This document shows positions 39,471-50,213 of a stretch of 64,000 nt of DNA, in pieces (within the stretch, counting starts at the first letter, position 1; every line of letters begins with the position of its first letter). Under the pieces are notes generated by a model, which had not been told where the DNA came from, made no database searches, and saw only the letters and a program-made list of their open reading frames with translations. The stretch is from an uncultured Bacilli bacterium (GTDB lineage Bacteria > Bacillota_I > Bacilli_A > RF39 > UBA660): positions 68,642 to 132,641 of the forward strand of contig CANRDU010000001.1 of assembly GCA_947629445.1 (NCBI GenBank). Direction: 5' to 3'. The position numbers and the translations under genes are program-made.

Positions 39471-42400
39471 TCACTTTTTCTTATTGGCATATAATCTATT
39501 TTTTAATAAAATTACTAATGTTATTATACCAACTCCCAACGTTGCAAATCCTAAAAGATAGAACCATGGATTTTCTTTCTTTTCCATTGATTTTTGCTCG
39601 TTTACGGATTCTGATGAATTGTCATGACTGTTAGAACTTGTATTACTATTGATATGAGTATTACTATTCGTACTAGTACTTTCATTACTACTAGAATTAC
39701 TACTAGTATTCATCTCTGGATTGGAATTGGTGTTACTGCTAGTATCCATATCTGAATTGGAATTGGTATTACTATTTGTATTCAAAGAAGTATTAGAATC
39801 ACTTGTTGTGGAACTATTAGATGGTTTCTTACTGGTATTACTAGATGGCTTAGTATTGGTATGCGTATTGGTATTACTGTTTTGATTACTAGTATTATCA
39901 CTTGTCGATGGCTTTGTTTGTTCTGGCTTTGTCTTTTCTTCTGCCAGTTTCGTCACTACCACTACTACTTCCATCGCAATGTGATTATTATCGCCATCGT
40001 AAATCGCAGTTAACGTATTTTTTCCTTCTACTAAAGGAATATTTTCATCTTCCCAATGCCATCCTTCTGGAAGTTCTACTTCTTTAGCTATTTTCGTATT
40101 AGAAGATACTTCTATGTTGGATTTTGGCATATCTTTTGGTCCTACTTTTTCAATCGTAAAGTTAAGTATTTGAATGCCAACATACTTTCCTATTCCTGTA
40201 ATAGTAATCGTAGCGGTTCCAGCATTTTTGTTATTGTCATAAGAAACGGTATAATCAACATTTTCTTCTAATACCTTACCATCCTCATAAACGGTAACTT
40301 TTGGAGTATATTCTTCGCCATTATAGACAAAATTATCTTCTTCTACTTCTATCTGTAAACCACTAATATTTATTTTCTTCTCTTCTTCGATGATAATCAC
40401 AATATTTGCCTGAGAAATATTTCCATGAGAATCGGTTACTGTAACGGTGATAAGCCAAGTTCCTAACTGCCACTTAAGATCACTTTCTATCTTTACAGCC
40501 TCATCCTCTATATCAATGATGCCATCTTCCTCATCCGTTATTTGAATAAATGGTTTAAAGTATTCTAAAGTAACTTCTTCATCATGAATATTAAAATGAT
40601 ATTCCTTATTTTCAATCGAAATGACAGGAGATTTTCCCTTATCTTCCTCTGGAATGGAAGCAGCCTCCCGAATAACCGTTACTTCCGTTTCATATCGTTC
40701 ATGATTGATATCTCCAATAAAGAAAATAACGACTTTATTTTCTCCTTCTTGAAGTTCGATGCTCTCATCTTTCCATTGCCACTCATTTGGAAGATTAATT
40801 TGCTCTAATCTTGTCGTGTCATGAGAAACATGCATTTCTAAGGAAACCATTTCTTTTGGCTGCGTCGCTTTCTGAATAGTATAACTACCCGTTAGCGTTC
40901 CCTGATAGATATTCTTACCAGTAATCGTTACTGTATGTTTTCCCGCATTCACGAGTTCGCTAAATTCAATATCATAGTCGATTCCTTGCGTTAATTCGTG
41001 ATTTTGATGTTCTTTATCTCTAACAATAACAGGGATAGATAACTCATCTCCTGTGTAGAAAAGATTATCATCTTCAATCACTATTTCAAAATTTTCTTCC
41101 GTAAGTTCAATGGAATCGGTTGTCTTATCTACTAGAATGACATTCAAAGTATATTCTACTTCATTTTGATCACTATCTGTTACATGAATCGTAATTTGAT
41201 AAGTTCCCTCTACTTGCCAGTTAATATTAGAAGATACTTGTACTTTTGTAGAATCATTAATATCGATAGTTCCATCTTCTTCATCGGTGATGGTAATCAT
41301 CTTTTTAATTTCTTCTAAAGTTTTCACTTCTTCACCAGTGAATTCAAATTCTAAGAACTCTTTGTTATCTTGAATCGTTATGACAGGATGATATCCACGG
41401 GCTTTCGTAACGGTAATTTCTAATTCTACATTTTCATAATTATCATAATCATGGTAAATAGCTGTTGCCGTAATCGTTTCACCTGAAACAAGTGGTGTAT
41501 CACCATTTTTCCATGACCACCCTTCTGGTAGTTCTACGTCTGATAATTTTTCTTTAGTAGCATCTACCATCATCTTGGCATTTGGTGTATTATGTGGTTT
41601 CTCTGCTTTAGCAATGGTAAATGTTTTTTGAATAGTTCCATCATACTTTCCTAGACCAGTAAGTTCGATAGTGGCTTCCCCAGCACTAATGTTGTTACTA
41701 TATGACACAGAATAATTGGTATTTTCAATCAGTTCTGTCTCATCGTCTTTTACTGTCAAAACTGGTTTATGTTCACTACCATTATACGTATAGCCATCTT
41801 TGATATAACTTATCGTTAAATCTTCTACAGGAATAGTATCTTGCACACTCGTTTGATATAAATTAATCATTGCCGCTGATGCATATCCACTAACAGACTC
41901 TAATGCTTGAATTCTCACATATTTTGCATTCATCGGAGTCGTTAATGTATACGACTTGGTAGAATCATCGTTCGCCCAAGAAAGTTCATCAGCGATAGTC
42001 GTCCATTTCTTACCATCTATACTAATTTCAATTTTTGCTTTTGTAATACGCCCTGTTTCATTAAAATCTTGACGTGGCACATAATCGATTTTCGATAGTG
42101 GAATTGATCGATTCGTACTAACGATAATCCATGGCTTTTCCGTATTACTTTTCTTGCTTAACCAGAAACTATAAGCATTTCCATCAATAGCTTTTTCTTT
42201 AGATTCTGTTTCATTCGCATCACTAGAAGTTTCAACTGATAAGCGAGAGGTTGGTACATAGATTGTTTCTTCGTTATGTTCATCTGGCTCAAAAGTAAGG
42301 AAAACAAATTCACTTGGAAATCTCTGAGCCGTATAACCGTCACGAACTAAAACCATTGTCTGCTTATCATCATGAACAGTAGGCTCAGCATCTTTAAACT

Positions 42401-45050
42401 TCTGCCACTTTACAGAATCAGGATCTAAGAATAGTTCTACAATATCATCAAAATTTTCCAGTACATACCATTCCATAGAATCGGTAACTCCTGTAACACG
42501 ATTTTCTAAACTATTCGCATAAATATTGTGTGGAATATTTCCTGGTTGTAAATCAATAAAGAATAAATTATCGACATCATTTCGATCATTTACGAGAAGA
42601 TGAACAACAATATCATCATTGACATTTAATTCATCAATACGATCACTTAAATCAACGACAGTTTCCCCATCCGTTACTTGTGTCCATTCAGTAGTATCAC
42701 TAACTCTTTGATGTTCTGCATCATATTCATAGTTTAAAGTATATTCAAATCTTATCTTCTCTTCAGCAGCTTTATTTAGAAGCATCAACTTATTCGCATT
42801 TTCTCCATCGAAAGAGAAAGTAGCGGTATCATTATTCGCCTTTATGCCAAGCAGATATTTGGCAATATCGCGAATGGCAGATGCTTGAAAATAATCTTCA
42901 TCTTTCACATTTTTTAATTCATTTAAAGTATCATTTAACAGTTTCGCATAAGCTGGACTATTATGAACAATTTTAGCATCAATTAACTTGAGTAAATCAT
43001 ACATTGGAAGAGGATATTCTTTAAAAATAACGAGAATTCTCTTAGCTAATTCAAAATAGTCATCATCTTCTTTGGAAGGATCATTCAAATAAGTTTGAAT
43101 TAATTGATACCAAGCATCTAAGTTGTATGGCTGTTCTTTAATGGCTTGCTCATAAGCTGCAATTTTATCTTTGAAAGAAGTTCTCACTTCCCCTAGTAAA
43201 TTATACAAAAATGCTTTTTTATAGTTATCCCAATCATCTACAGCTCTTTGAGCTAAAAGGAGATAGGCTCCATTATTGCTGTCGGTCCAAGTACCTTCTC
43301 TTCGCGTTCCCCAGTTGAGCATCATACGTTCTCCCTTATAGGAAGCAGCCCAACCAGCAGCAGCATTACCAATTTGCCATTCTCTTCTTTTCTCGCCCTT
43401 CCACTCTGTTTCTTTAGAAACGAAGTAGGCTGCATGTCCTGGTTGTGATACTAACGTAGAAGGTCTTCCATAAGACATTTCGATATTTGATCCTGTTCCG
43501 GCTAGAGAACCACAAACACCATCTTCTTCCCATATGGTCCAAAGACGAAGTGGCGAACCTGGTTTTGTCTCTAAATCAAAATATCCTAGTCCATACTTCT
43601 CATTACAATTAACGCCTCTTTTATAACCCGGACTATTATTCTTATTCTGGTTAACCCCTTCTGCACAATGGGTAGAATTTTCTTTATAATATTCTGAATC
43701 TTCATAATTCCATCCACTAGCATAATAAATGTAAGTATATGGATTGGTATATCCATCTTTATTGTATGGGGTTTTTCCAGCTTTTGTCATCTGTGTATAC
43801 CAATTCAACCATGCAACTTCTATATCACTAATACGATTATTAACAACCCAACGCATCTCTTCTATTTCTAGATTGGTAAAAATATCTTTCTCAAAATAGG
43901 TTGAAACATCATCATAAGTATACCCAGTTGTAAGTAAATTTTTAATAACTTCATATCTATCTAAAGCATCTGATGGTGTTCTAACAGGTTCTACTGGTTT
44001 TTCTGCTGTCTGCCAGAAATTAACATCGGTACTATAAGTAAGAGAAATAGCCATCATCATCTTCTCATAGACATCACCATACTCTTCATCATTCAAATCT
44101 TCCTTATGAGCTTCATATAACTCTTTAAATACATTGAGAGCTTGAATGTAATTATCCCCTTCAGGTGTTCCCCCTAATAGATATTTCTCCATCAACTCTC
44201 CATCGTTAAATAGCCAATAGATAAAGTCATACGTAGATTTATCTTGATTGACATAAGCTTGTAACATACTATAGCCAATACGACTAACCAATGTTCTTTG
44301 TAATAATTTTAATTTTAATTCCTTGTTAGCTAAAATTTCTGCATTGGTATATGGTAATAATTCTTGGTCGTATGTTTCTACCGTTTTAATCCACTCCACA
44401 TTAGGGTTTTCCTTAGGTGAATAAATCTTACTATCATATAGCATAGCATCCACCCAAACAGAGTGATCATAAGAATTGTCTCCATTACTATCCGCATATA
44501 ATTTTAACCACTTATAATCTTCCAAAGCAACCGTGATTTTAGCAGCATCATTATTTCCTTTTAAAGCTTGCGTAGATTCTAATTGTACCCAATCTTTATC
44601 GGTAATAGATTCATAAGTATCATTTTTCGCACCATAGACAAAGAATTTAACCCCAGTACCATTAGAACCTTTACTAGAATCGACTCCCGCATAGGTAGTA
44701 AACGTATCATAGTTGAAACTTCTTAAATCATAAACAAGGGTAGAAGAAGCATGGGCGAAAATAGCGTTCATAGAATAGATTTTCTCACCATTGATTAATA
44801 TAGAAATCATCCCACCAGCATCATTCTTATTAATCTTCACATCTCCATATCCCGTTTTAGCATAATGCCATTTCAGATTGGATAAAAAAACATATCCTTC
44901 CTCACTAGTATTCTTATTGGTTTCTTTTGCATCTGATCCAATCTCTGCTGCAACAAGCGGAATTGGGACACTAACAACTAGTAAAGAAACGCTTAAAAAA
45001 CTTAATGTTATTTTTCGAATAATTTCTTTTATATGTCTTAATTTTTTCAT
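39471..45050 (-). CDS. Large membrane-anchored surface protein, paralogue of 8793-13709
   Basis: Same order of NPCBM, Cys/His core, F5/8C, Ig-like repeats, N/S/T linker and TM, with one extra repeat unit. Confidence 0.85.
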   Translation of the reverse strand: MKKLRHIKEIIRKITLSFLSVSLLVVSVPIPLVAAEIGSDAKETNKNTSEEGYVFLSNLKWHYAKTGYGDVKINKNDAGGMISILINGEKIYSMNAIFAHASSTLVYDLRSFNYDTFTTYAGVDSSKGSNGTGVKFFVYGAKNDTYESITDKDWVQLESTQALKGNNDAAKITVALEDYKWLKLYADSNGDNSYDHSVWVDAMLYDSKIYSPKENPNVEWIKTVETYDQELLPYTNAEILANKELKLKLLQRTLVSRIGYSMLQAYVNQDKSTYDFIYWLFNDGELMEKYLLGGTPEGDNYIQALNVFKELYEAHKEDLNDEEYGDVYEKMMMAISLTYSTDVNFWQTAEKPVEPVRTPSDALDRYEVIKNLLTTGYTYDDVSTYFEKDIFTNLEIEEMRWVVNNRISDIEVAWLNWYTQMTKAGKTPYNKDGYTNPYTYIYYASGWNYEDSEYYKENSTHCAEGVNQNKNNSPGYKRGVNCNEKYGLGYFDLETKPGSPLRLWTIWEEDGVCGSLAGTGSNIEMSYGRPSTLVSQPGHAAYFVSKETEWKGEKRREWQIGNAAAGWAASYKGERMMLNWGTRREGTWTDSNNGAYLLLAQRAVDDWDNYKKAFLYNLLGEVRTSFKDKIAAYEQAIKEQPYNLDAWYQLIQTYLNDPSKEDDDYFELAKRILVIFKEYPLPMYDLLKLIDAKIVHNSPAYAKLLNDTLNELKNVKDEDYFQASAIRDIAKYLLGIKANNDTATFSFDGENANKLMLLNKAAEEKIRFEYTLNYEYDAEHQRVSDTTEWTQVTDGETVVDLSDRIDELNVNDDIVVHLLVNDRNDVDNLFFIDLQPGNIPHNIYANSLENRVTGVTDSMEWYVLENFDDIVELFLDPDSVKWQKFKDAEPTVHDDKQTMVLVRDGYTAQRFPSEFVFLTFEPDEHNEETIYVPTSRLSVETSSDANETESKEKAIDGNAYSFWLSKKSNTEKPWIIVSTNRSIPLSKIDYVPRQDFNETGRITKAKIEISIDGKKWTTIADELSWANDDSTKSYTLTTPMNAKYVRIQALESVSGYASAAMINLYQTSVQDTIPVEDLTISYIKDGYTYNGSEHKPVLTVKDDETELIENTNYSVSYSNNISAGEATIELTGLGKYDGTIQKTFTIAKAEKPHNTPNAKMMVDATKEKLSDVELPEGWSWKNGDTPLVSGETITATAIYHDYDNYENVELEITVTKARGYHPVITIQDNKEFLEFEFTGEEVKTLEEIKKMITITDEEDGTIDINDSTKVQVSSNINWQVEGTYQITIHVTDSDQNEVEYTLNVILVDKTTDSIELTEENFEIVIEDDNLFYTGDELSIPVIVRDKEHQNHELTQGIDYDIEFSELVNAGKHTVTITGKNIYQGTLTGSYTIQKATQPKEMVSLEMHVSHDTTRLEQINLPNEWQWKDESIELQEGENKVVIFFIGDINHERYETEVTVIREAASIPEEDKGKSPVISIENKEYHFNIHDEEVTLEYFKPFIQITDEEDGIIDIEDEAVKIESDLKWQLGTWLITVTVTDSHGNISQANIVIIIEEEKKINISGLQIEVEEDNFVYNGEEYTPKVTVYEDGKVLEENVDYTVSYDNNKNAGTATITITGIGKYVGIQILNFTIEKVGPKDMPKSNIEVSSNTKIAKEVELPEGWHWEDENIPLVEGKNTLTAIYDGDNNHIAMEVVVVVTKLAEEKTKPEQTKPSTSDNTSNQNSNTNTHTNTKPSSNTSKKPSNSSTTSDSNTSLNTNSNTNSNSDMDTSSNTNSNPEMNTSSNSSSNESTSTNSNTHINSNTSSNSHDNSSESVNEQKSMEKKENPWFYLLGFATLGVGIITLVILLKNRLYANKKK

Positions 45051-45137
45051 AGTTACACCCCTACTTACATTATATAAAAAAGGTTTCCTATATTCAAGAT
45101 AAAAGTTAGTAATTTATGCTCATTTGTCAAGTAAAAA

Positions 45138-46202
45138 TTATCTTGTATAACGGGATATATTCAGAATAATTCCCATACTACATAAAGTAATGAGTAAACT
45201 AGAGCCCCCGTAAGATAGAAATGGTAAGGTTACCCCTGTTACAGGAATCAAACCAACTACTACCATCAAATTCATAATTGTTTGAAAAGAAAAGCAAAAC
45301 ATAATACCAAACGCTAAATATTTGCCAAAAGTATCTTTCGTATGAAGAGCGATTTTAAAACCGTTTATAATAATCGTCAAAAATAAAGTGGCAACAAAAA
45401 GCATACCTACGAAACCAAATTCTTCACTAATAATCGAAAAAATAAAATCTGTTTGTGGTTCTGGTAAGTAGAAATGTTTCTGAATAGAATTGCCAAAGCC
45501 CATCCCGAATAAACCACCAGGCCCAATCGCATAAAGAGATTGAATGATTTGAAAACCACTTCCGAGTGGATCACTCCAAGGGTTTAAAAAAGATAAAATG
45601 CGGGCAAGCCGATATGGAGCAATTAAAATTAGGACAACAATTCCTCCTACTCCTACCACTGCCATTTTGATTAGAAAACGAATATCCATTCCCGCAACGA
45701 ATAAAATTCCTAAAATAGACATAACAAGAATGGTACCAGTACCAAAATCTGGTTGTAACATAATGAGTCCAAATAGTCCTAAAGTAAATAATAAAATGGG
45801 AAGATATTTTTTATGATGAGAAAGATATTTAGAAGTAAAAATAATAAGTCCTAACTTGGTAAACTCACTTGGCTGAATACCAAATGAACCTATTCCGAAC
45901 CAGCTTCTGCTTCCGTTTCGAACACTACCAATTCCGGGAATCAAAACAAGAACTAGTAGTAAAACACAAAGAAAAATAATCTTATTTGCCTGTTTATAAT
46001 AGTAGTAATAATCAATTTTACTAATGAAATACATAAGAATAATCCCGATAATAAAAAAGATAGATTGGTTTTTGACATATCGAAAAGGATCTTGATATTT
46101 ATATTCTGCCCAAATAGAAGAAGCGGAATATATCATGATTAGTCCAAATACGGCTAATAAAAGAATACTGATGACAAGCATCCACTCTACTTTTCTTTTC
46201 AT
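45138..46202 (-). CDS. spoVE: SEDS-family glycosyltransferase, SpoVE-like
   Basis: LIMIYSASSIWA, GSRSW, IQPSEF, QPDFGT, LPEPQTDFIFS and PFLSYGGSSL motifs; position after mraY as for Bacillus spoVE. Confidence 0.82.
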   Translation of the reverse strand: MKRKVEWMLVISILLLAVFGLIMIYSASSIWAEYKYQDPFRYVKNQSIFFIIGIILMYFISKIDYYYYYKQANKIIFLCVLLLVLVLIPGIGSVRNGSRSWFGIGSFGIQPSEFTKLGLIIFTSKYLSHHKKYLPILLFTLGLFGLIMLQPDFGTGTILVMSILGILFVAGMDIRFLIKMAVVGVGGIVVLILIAPYRLARILSFLNPWSDPLGSGFQIIQSLYAIGPGGLFGMGFGNSIQKHFYLPEPQTDFIFSIISEEFGFVGMLFVATLFLTIIINGFKIALHTKDTFGKYLAFGIMFCFSFQTIMNLMVVVGLIPVTGVTLPFLSYGGSSLLITLCSMGIILNISRYTR

Positions 46203-47188
46203 ATCCATACTCCAAATAAAAGCGAAATTAAACTAGCAAATAATCCTACTATCCAAAATAATTTTACTACTTCTCGCTCCGGTAAATATGCTTCAAAAGT
46301 ATGATGAATAGGAGTCATTGGGAAAATCCGTTTATGGGTAAATTTATAATAAACCCTCTGCATAATACAGGTTATTGTCTCTATCACAAAAACAATACCA
46401 ATCAAAATTAACAACAACTCATGCCTAGTTAGAATAGCAACCATTCCTAAAGTAGCTCCTAGGGATAAAGAACCCGTATCTCCCATAAACACTTTAGCGG
46501 GATTGGCATTAAAGAAAAGAAATCCAATCAGGGTTCCTACTAACGTAAATAAAAAGATAGAAATTTCTTGATAGCCTTCTAACCAACCCGTCATCGTCGT
46601 AATAATTCCTAATGTAAAAAAAGCAATCATAGATAATCCAGCCGCTAGTCCATCTAACCCATCTGTTAAATTTACAGCGTTACTACTAGAAACCAATACT
46701 AACAAAATAAATAAACCATATAACCACCCAATATTGATTTTCACTCCCAACGTATGAATCCAAATAAGTGGTTCATTACCTGCTAACATAAAAATCGTAA
46801 AGAGCGCAATCGCCAATAACAACTGTAAAAATAATTTCATATGCTCGGATAATCCACGATTATTCTTACGATAAATGATGAGATAATCATCAACTAAACC
46901 AATCACAGCATACCCAACAAAGGCAAATAAAATCATAAAAAGATTATAGGTCATTTGAATACGTTTAGAAAAAAGAAGTATACAAAGATAAAGAAGTGTT
47001 GGCAAAATGAAAATTAACCCACCCATAGTAGGAACATCTTTTTTATTTTGATGTTTTCTTTCTAAGTAAATGCTTAGGCTTTGATTACATTTTCTCTCAT
47101 GCAAAATGGGTAGTAAAATAAATCCTGCTAAAAGCGATAAAAATAATCCAGTCATCATGGAAATAATACATTTAATGAATAGTAGCAT
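46199..47188 (-). CDS. mraY: Phospho-N-acetylmuramoyl-pentapeptide transferase
   Basis: PTMGG, DDY, NAVNLTDGLDGL, VFMGDTGS and PIHH motifs. Confidence 0.95.
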   Translation of the reverse strand: MLLFIKCIISMMTGLFLSLLAGFILLPILHERKCNQSLSIYLERKHQNKKDVPTMGGLIFILPTLLYLCILLFSKRIQMTYNLFMILFAFVGYAVIGLVDDYLIIYRKNNRGLSEHMKLFLQLLLAIALFTIFMLAGNEPLIWIHTLGVKINIGWLYGLFILLVLVSSSNAVNLTDGLDGLAAGLSMIAFFTLGIITTMTGWLEGYQEISIFLFTLVGTLIGFLFFNANPAKVFMGDTGSLSLGATLGMVAILTRHELLLILIGIVFVIETITCIMQRVYYKFTHKRIFPMTPIHHTFEAYLPEREVVKLFWIVGLFASLISLLFGVWI

Positions 47189-47226
47189 GCTATCACCCAT
47201 TCAAATATATTCCACAAAAAAAAGAG

Positions 47227-47727
47227 TTATTCACTCTTTTTAGGATGAGCCTTCTTTGGCTTTTCTTTTACATCTTCATAAATTTCTTCTACGACTTCTT
47301 CAACCTTTGTCTTTTCTTCCACTTCGATAGGCTTCGTCTCTTCTACCTGTGGTTTTGCTTCCTCAACAGGTTGTACTTCTTCTACTTTCGTAACTTCTTC
47401 GATAACATTCTCATTATTCGGTTCTTCTAAAAACTTTTCACTTTCATAAGGAACCATAACGGTATAATAATGAGTATTTTGAAGTACCATAACAATTAAA
47501 AGTCCAACAATGAAAATACCGAGCAGTACATAATCAAAGAAATCTTTCGTATCTTTTTCAAATAAACGATAATAGAAATTTTCAAAAACATTCATTCTTT
47601 CTTCTTTTTGTTCTATTCCAATGGTAGTCTCAGCCGCCAAAATCGGAATGGATACTGTTTTTGCCTCTACTACTTGAAATTTGGCAAAACAAAATAAACT
47701 CAAAAATATAAACAAAATTTTTCTCAT
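47227..47727 (-). CDS. Hypothetical membrane protein with E/V-rich tail
   Basis: Signal-like N-terminus, one TM helix and an acidic tail; SD GGAG. Confidence 0.7.
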   Translation of the reverse strand: MRKILFIFLSLFCFAKFQVVEAKTVSIPILAAETTIGIEQKEERMNVFENFYYRLFEKDTKDFFDYVLLGIFIVGLLIVMVLQNTHYYTVMVPYESEKFLEEPNNENVIEEVTKVEEVQPVEEAKPQVEETKPIEVEEKTKVEEVVEEIYEDVKEKPKKAHPKKSE

Positions 47728-47811
47728 AACCAATACTCTCCCTAATACTCTAAGTCCATTATACAAAATTTTTTTTAGCATTTTCAATACTTTTACTAAA
47801 TATTTTCAAAT

Positions 47812-48825
47812 TTAAAACTCATTTTCACTATCATATTCGTCAAATACATTTCCGATAACTTCTTCAATAATATCCTCTAAAGTTACAATTCCTACCCAAA
47901 TACCATCTTTCATGACTTTGGCAATAGGCTCATATTTTTGATTTAACAATAAAAAAGCATCATCAATAATCATATCATGAGGAATAACCTCTATCTTTCG
48001 TACATAGTTTTTTAACTCAAAATTCGGATTACGATGAATTAAAAAGTCCTTAATATTAATAATCCCAATTACTTCCCCATTTTCCGTAACAGGAAACCGA
48101 GTATACTTCGTACTACGAATAATCTCCATAATACGATTTCTACTATCATGAAGATCAATCGTTACTACGTTTTCCCTTCTAGTCATGGCCTTTTCAACAG
48201 TCGTGTCATTAAATTCAAACACACGAAGAAGCATCTTTTTCTCTAAATCTTCCAAATTTGCTTCCACAATTGTTCCTTTCAGTTCTTCTTCTTCCTCTTC
48301 TTTCTTACGATAAATACGCAATATCTTTAGAAGAAAATTGGTAGATGCTCCTAAAATCATAATGAATGGTTTAAAAAAAGTAATAATGAGATAGAGAGGA
48401 TTGACCATTACAAATGCTATTTTTTTAGAATTGGCAAGACCTATTTGCTTAGGAACTAATTCTCCTAGTACTAAAGTAAAGTACGATAAGATAATGGTAA
48501 TAATGACAATTAAAATATTGGTTAATGCTTCTGTACTAAGCCAAGAAATATGAATAGTATCCGCTATCTCACTTGCAAATCCCTCTGCAGCAAACGCACT
48601 TGCTAAAAATCCAGATAAAGTAATAACGATTTGAATAGCTGATAAAAACGTACTGGAATCATTTAAAAGCGCAACGATTTTTTTGGCTTTCTTTTTATTT
48701 CTTTTTAATTCCTTATTTAACTCATAGCGGTTTAAAGAAAGGAAAGCCATCTCGGTTGCTGAAAAAACACCGTTTATGATAATTAACAGAAATAATATTA
48801 GAACTTTTACTATCATTTTATTCAC
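47812..48825 (-). CDS. Hemolysin/CNNM (DUF21) plus CBS-pair protein
   Basis: FSATEMAF, LGELVPK, AMTRR..YTRFPV and GIVTLEDIIEEVIG..DEYD motifs. Confidence 0.9.
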   Translation of the reverse strand: MNKMIVKVLILFLLIIINGVFSATEMAFLSLNRYELNKELKRNKKKAKKIVALLNDSSTFLSAIQIVITLSGFLASAFAAEGFASEIADTIHISWLSTEALTNILIVIITIILSYFTLVLGELVPKQIGLANSKKIAFVMVNPLYLIITFFKPFIMILGASTNFLLKILRIYRKKEEEEEELKGTIVEANLEDLEKKMLLRVFEFNDTTVEKAMTRRENVVTIDLHDSRNRIMEIIRSTKYTRFPVTENGEVIGIINIKDFLIHRNPNFELKNYVRKIEVIPHDMIIDDAFLLLNQKYEPIAKVMKDGIWVGIVTLEDIIEEVIGNVFDEYDSENEF

Positions 48826-48851
48826 CTATTTTGATTATAACATACATTTCT

Positions 48852-49877
48852 TTATTTTTCATTAAGGTATAGACGAATCGTTTCTCCATCAGCAATTTTA
48901 ATACCGGCTTTAGGAGATTGATAAGTAACCGTACCTGTTCCCTCATATTCTACTTTAAAGGATTTTAAATTCTTCATAGCATCTTTTAGTTCCATACCTG
49001 TAACATCTGGTACTACACTATAAGTTTTATCCAAATAGACAAACTCTTTTTCAATTTCTCCTTCTTGTTCTTCAATTCCTAAAATGGGAATCGCAGAAAG
49101 TAGAATATTTTTAGCAATGGGAGCAGCTACTGTTCCTCCATACTGCGTAACTCCCTTAGCATTATCAACTGCTACATAAATAACAATCTTAGGATCATTA
49201 GCCGGTAAAAAACCAATGAAAGACGTGATATAGTTTCCCGTTAAATAACTTCCATTTTCCGCTTTTTGTGCGGTACCGGTCTTTCCCCCTACTCGATAAT
49301 TGGGAATATATGCATTATGTCCTGTACCTCTAGCAACAACACTTTCTAGAGCATATCGTACCTTACTACTAGTTTCTTCACTAATCACTTTGCGTACAAT
49401 TTTTTCTTCGGTTTGTAAAATAACTTGATTCGTTTCTGGATCGTTAATACTTTTGACAATATAAGGTTTATATAAAATACCTCCATTGATAGCGGCACTT
49501 ACCGCCACTACTTGTTGAATAGCAGTTACTGCAACTCCCTGTCCAAAAGCAGTCGTAGCCGTTTCCAAATCTCCAATTTGATCAACATCAAATAAGATAC
49601 CACTAGATTCTCCAGAAAGTTCTATGCCTGTTTTTTCCCCAAATCCAAAATTGCGAATGTAGGAAAATAATTTTTCTTTTCCAAGTCGTAGTCCTAAGTT
49701 GACAAAGCCAGTATTGCAGGAATTTTCTACCACCTCTAAATAAGTCTCTGTTCCATGTCCCCCATGTTTCCAACAGTGCAAAGTAGCACCTTCCACCATA
49801 ATCGCTCCAGAATCATGAAAACTTTCATTCTCTAAATCCACTGTTTTTTCCTCTAAAGATGCTGCTAACGTAATAAT
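48852..49877 (-). CDS. spoVD: spoVD 3' segment (transpeptidase remainder plus PASTA), separated from the 5' segment by the intervening element
   Basis: In frame from attR: IITLAASLEEK..CWKHGGHG..SCN..AFGQG..GGKTGTAQK..PASTA, closely resembling Bacillus SpoVD. Confidence 0.88.
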   Translation of the reverse strand: MITLAASLEEKTVDLENESFHDSGAIMVEGATLHCWKHGGHGTETYLEVVENSCNTGFVNLGLRLGKEKLFSYIRNFGFGEKTGIELSGESSGILFDVDQIGDLETATTAFGQGVAVTAIQQVVAVSAAINGGILYKPYIVKSINDPETNQVILQTEEKIVRKVISEETSSKVRYALESVVARGTGHNAYIPNYRVGGKTGTAQKAENGSYLTGNYITSFIGFLPANDPKIVIYVAVDNAKGVTQYGGTVAAPIAKNILLSAIPILGIEEQEGEIEKEFVYLDKTYSVVPDVTGMELKDAMKNLKSFKVEYEGTGTVTYQSPKAGIKIADGETIRLYLNEK

Positions 49878-49913
49878 TTTAAACGTTGCTCCCTTTTTTA
49901 TACAAAAAAAAGA

Positions 49914-50213
49914 TTAAATGTAATCTTTTTTCAGCCAATAACGCAATAGTTTTTCCTGTTCTTCCTTACTGATACATTGATAATAAAGCATAGATAAGAT
50001 ATCTTTACATTCTTCCGATAAATTTTGATCTTTCAAATTTTTATCTTCTTCTATATAAAATTCCTTTGTAGAATCTGCTGCTAATGTTATCAATTGACTC
50101 ACCAATTCATCAGAAATTTTTTCCTGAAAAGATTCCTCACAATAAGCTAAAACCGTTAAGAGTTCTTTTGCTAAATCACTATCAAATTCTTCTTCCAATT
50201 CTATCTTCTCCAC
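49914..50213 (-). CDS. Small acidic hypothetical protein (element cargo)
   Basis: 99 aa; overlaps the end of the upstream cargo gene. Confidence 0.65.
   Translation of the reverse strand: MEKIELEEEFDSDLAKELLTVLAYCEESFQEKISDELVSQLITLAADSTKEFYIEEDKNLKDQNLSEECKDILSMLYYQCISKEEQEKLLRYWLKKDYI

Noticed and set aside
48852-49841. Stand-alone 329-aa PBP starting MDLENES
   Set aside because: It lacks the SxxK serine, TM anchor and an RBS; the frame continues 12 codons upstream to attR, so it is the 3' half of spoVD.
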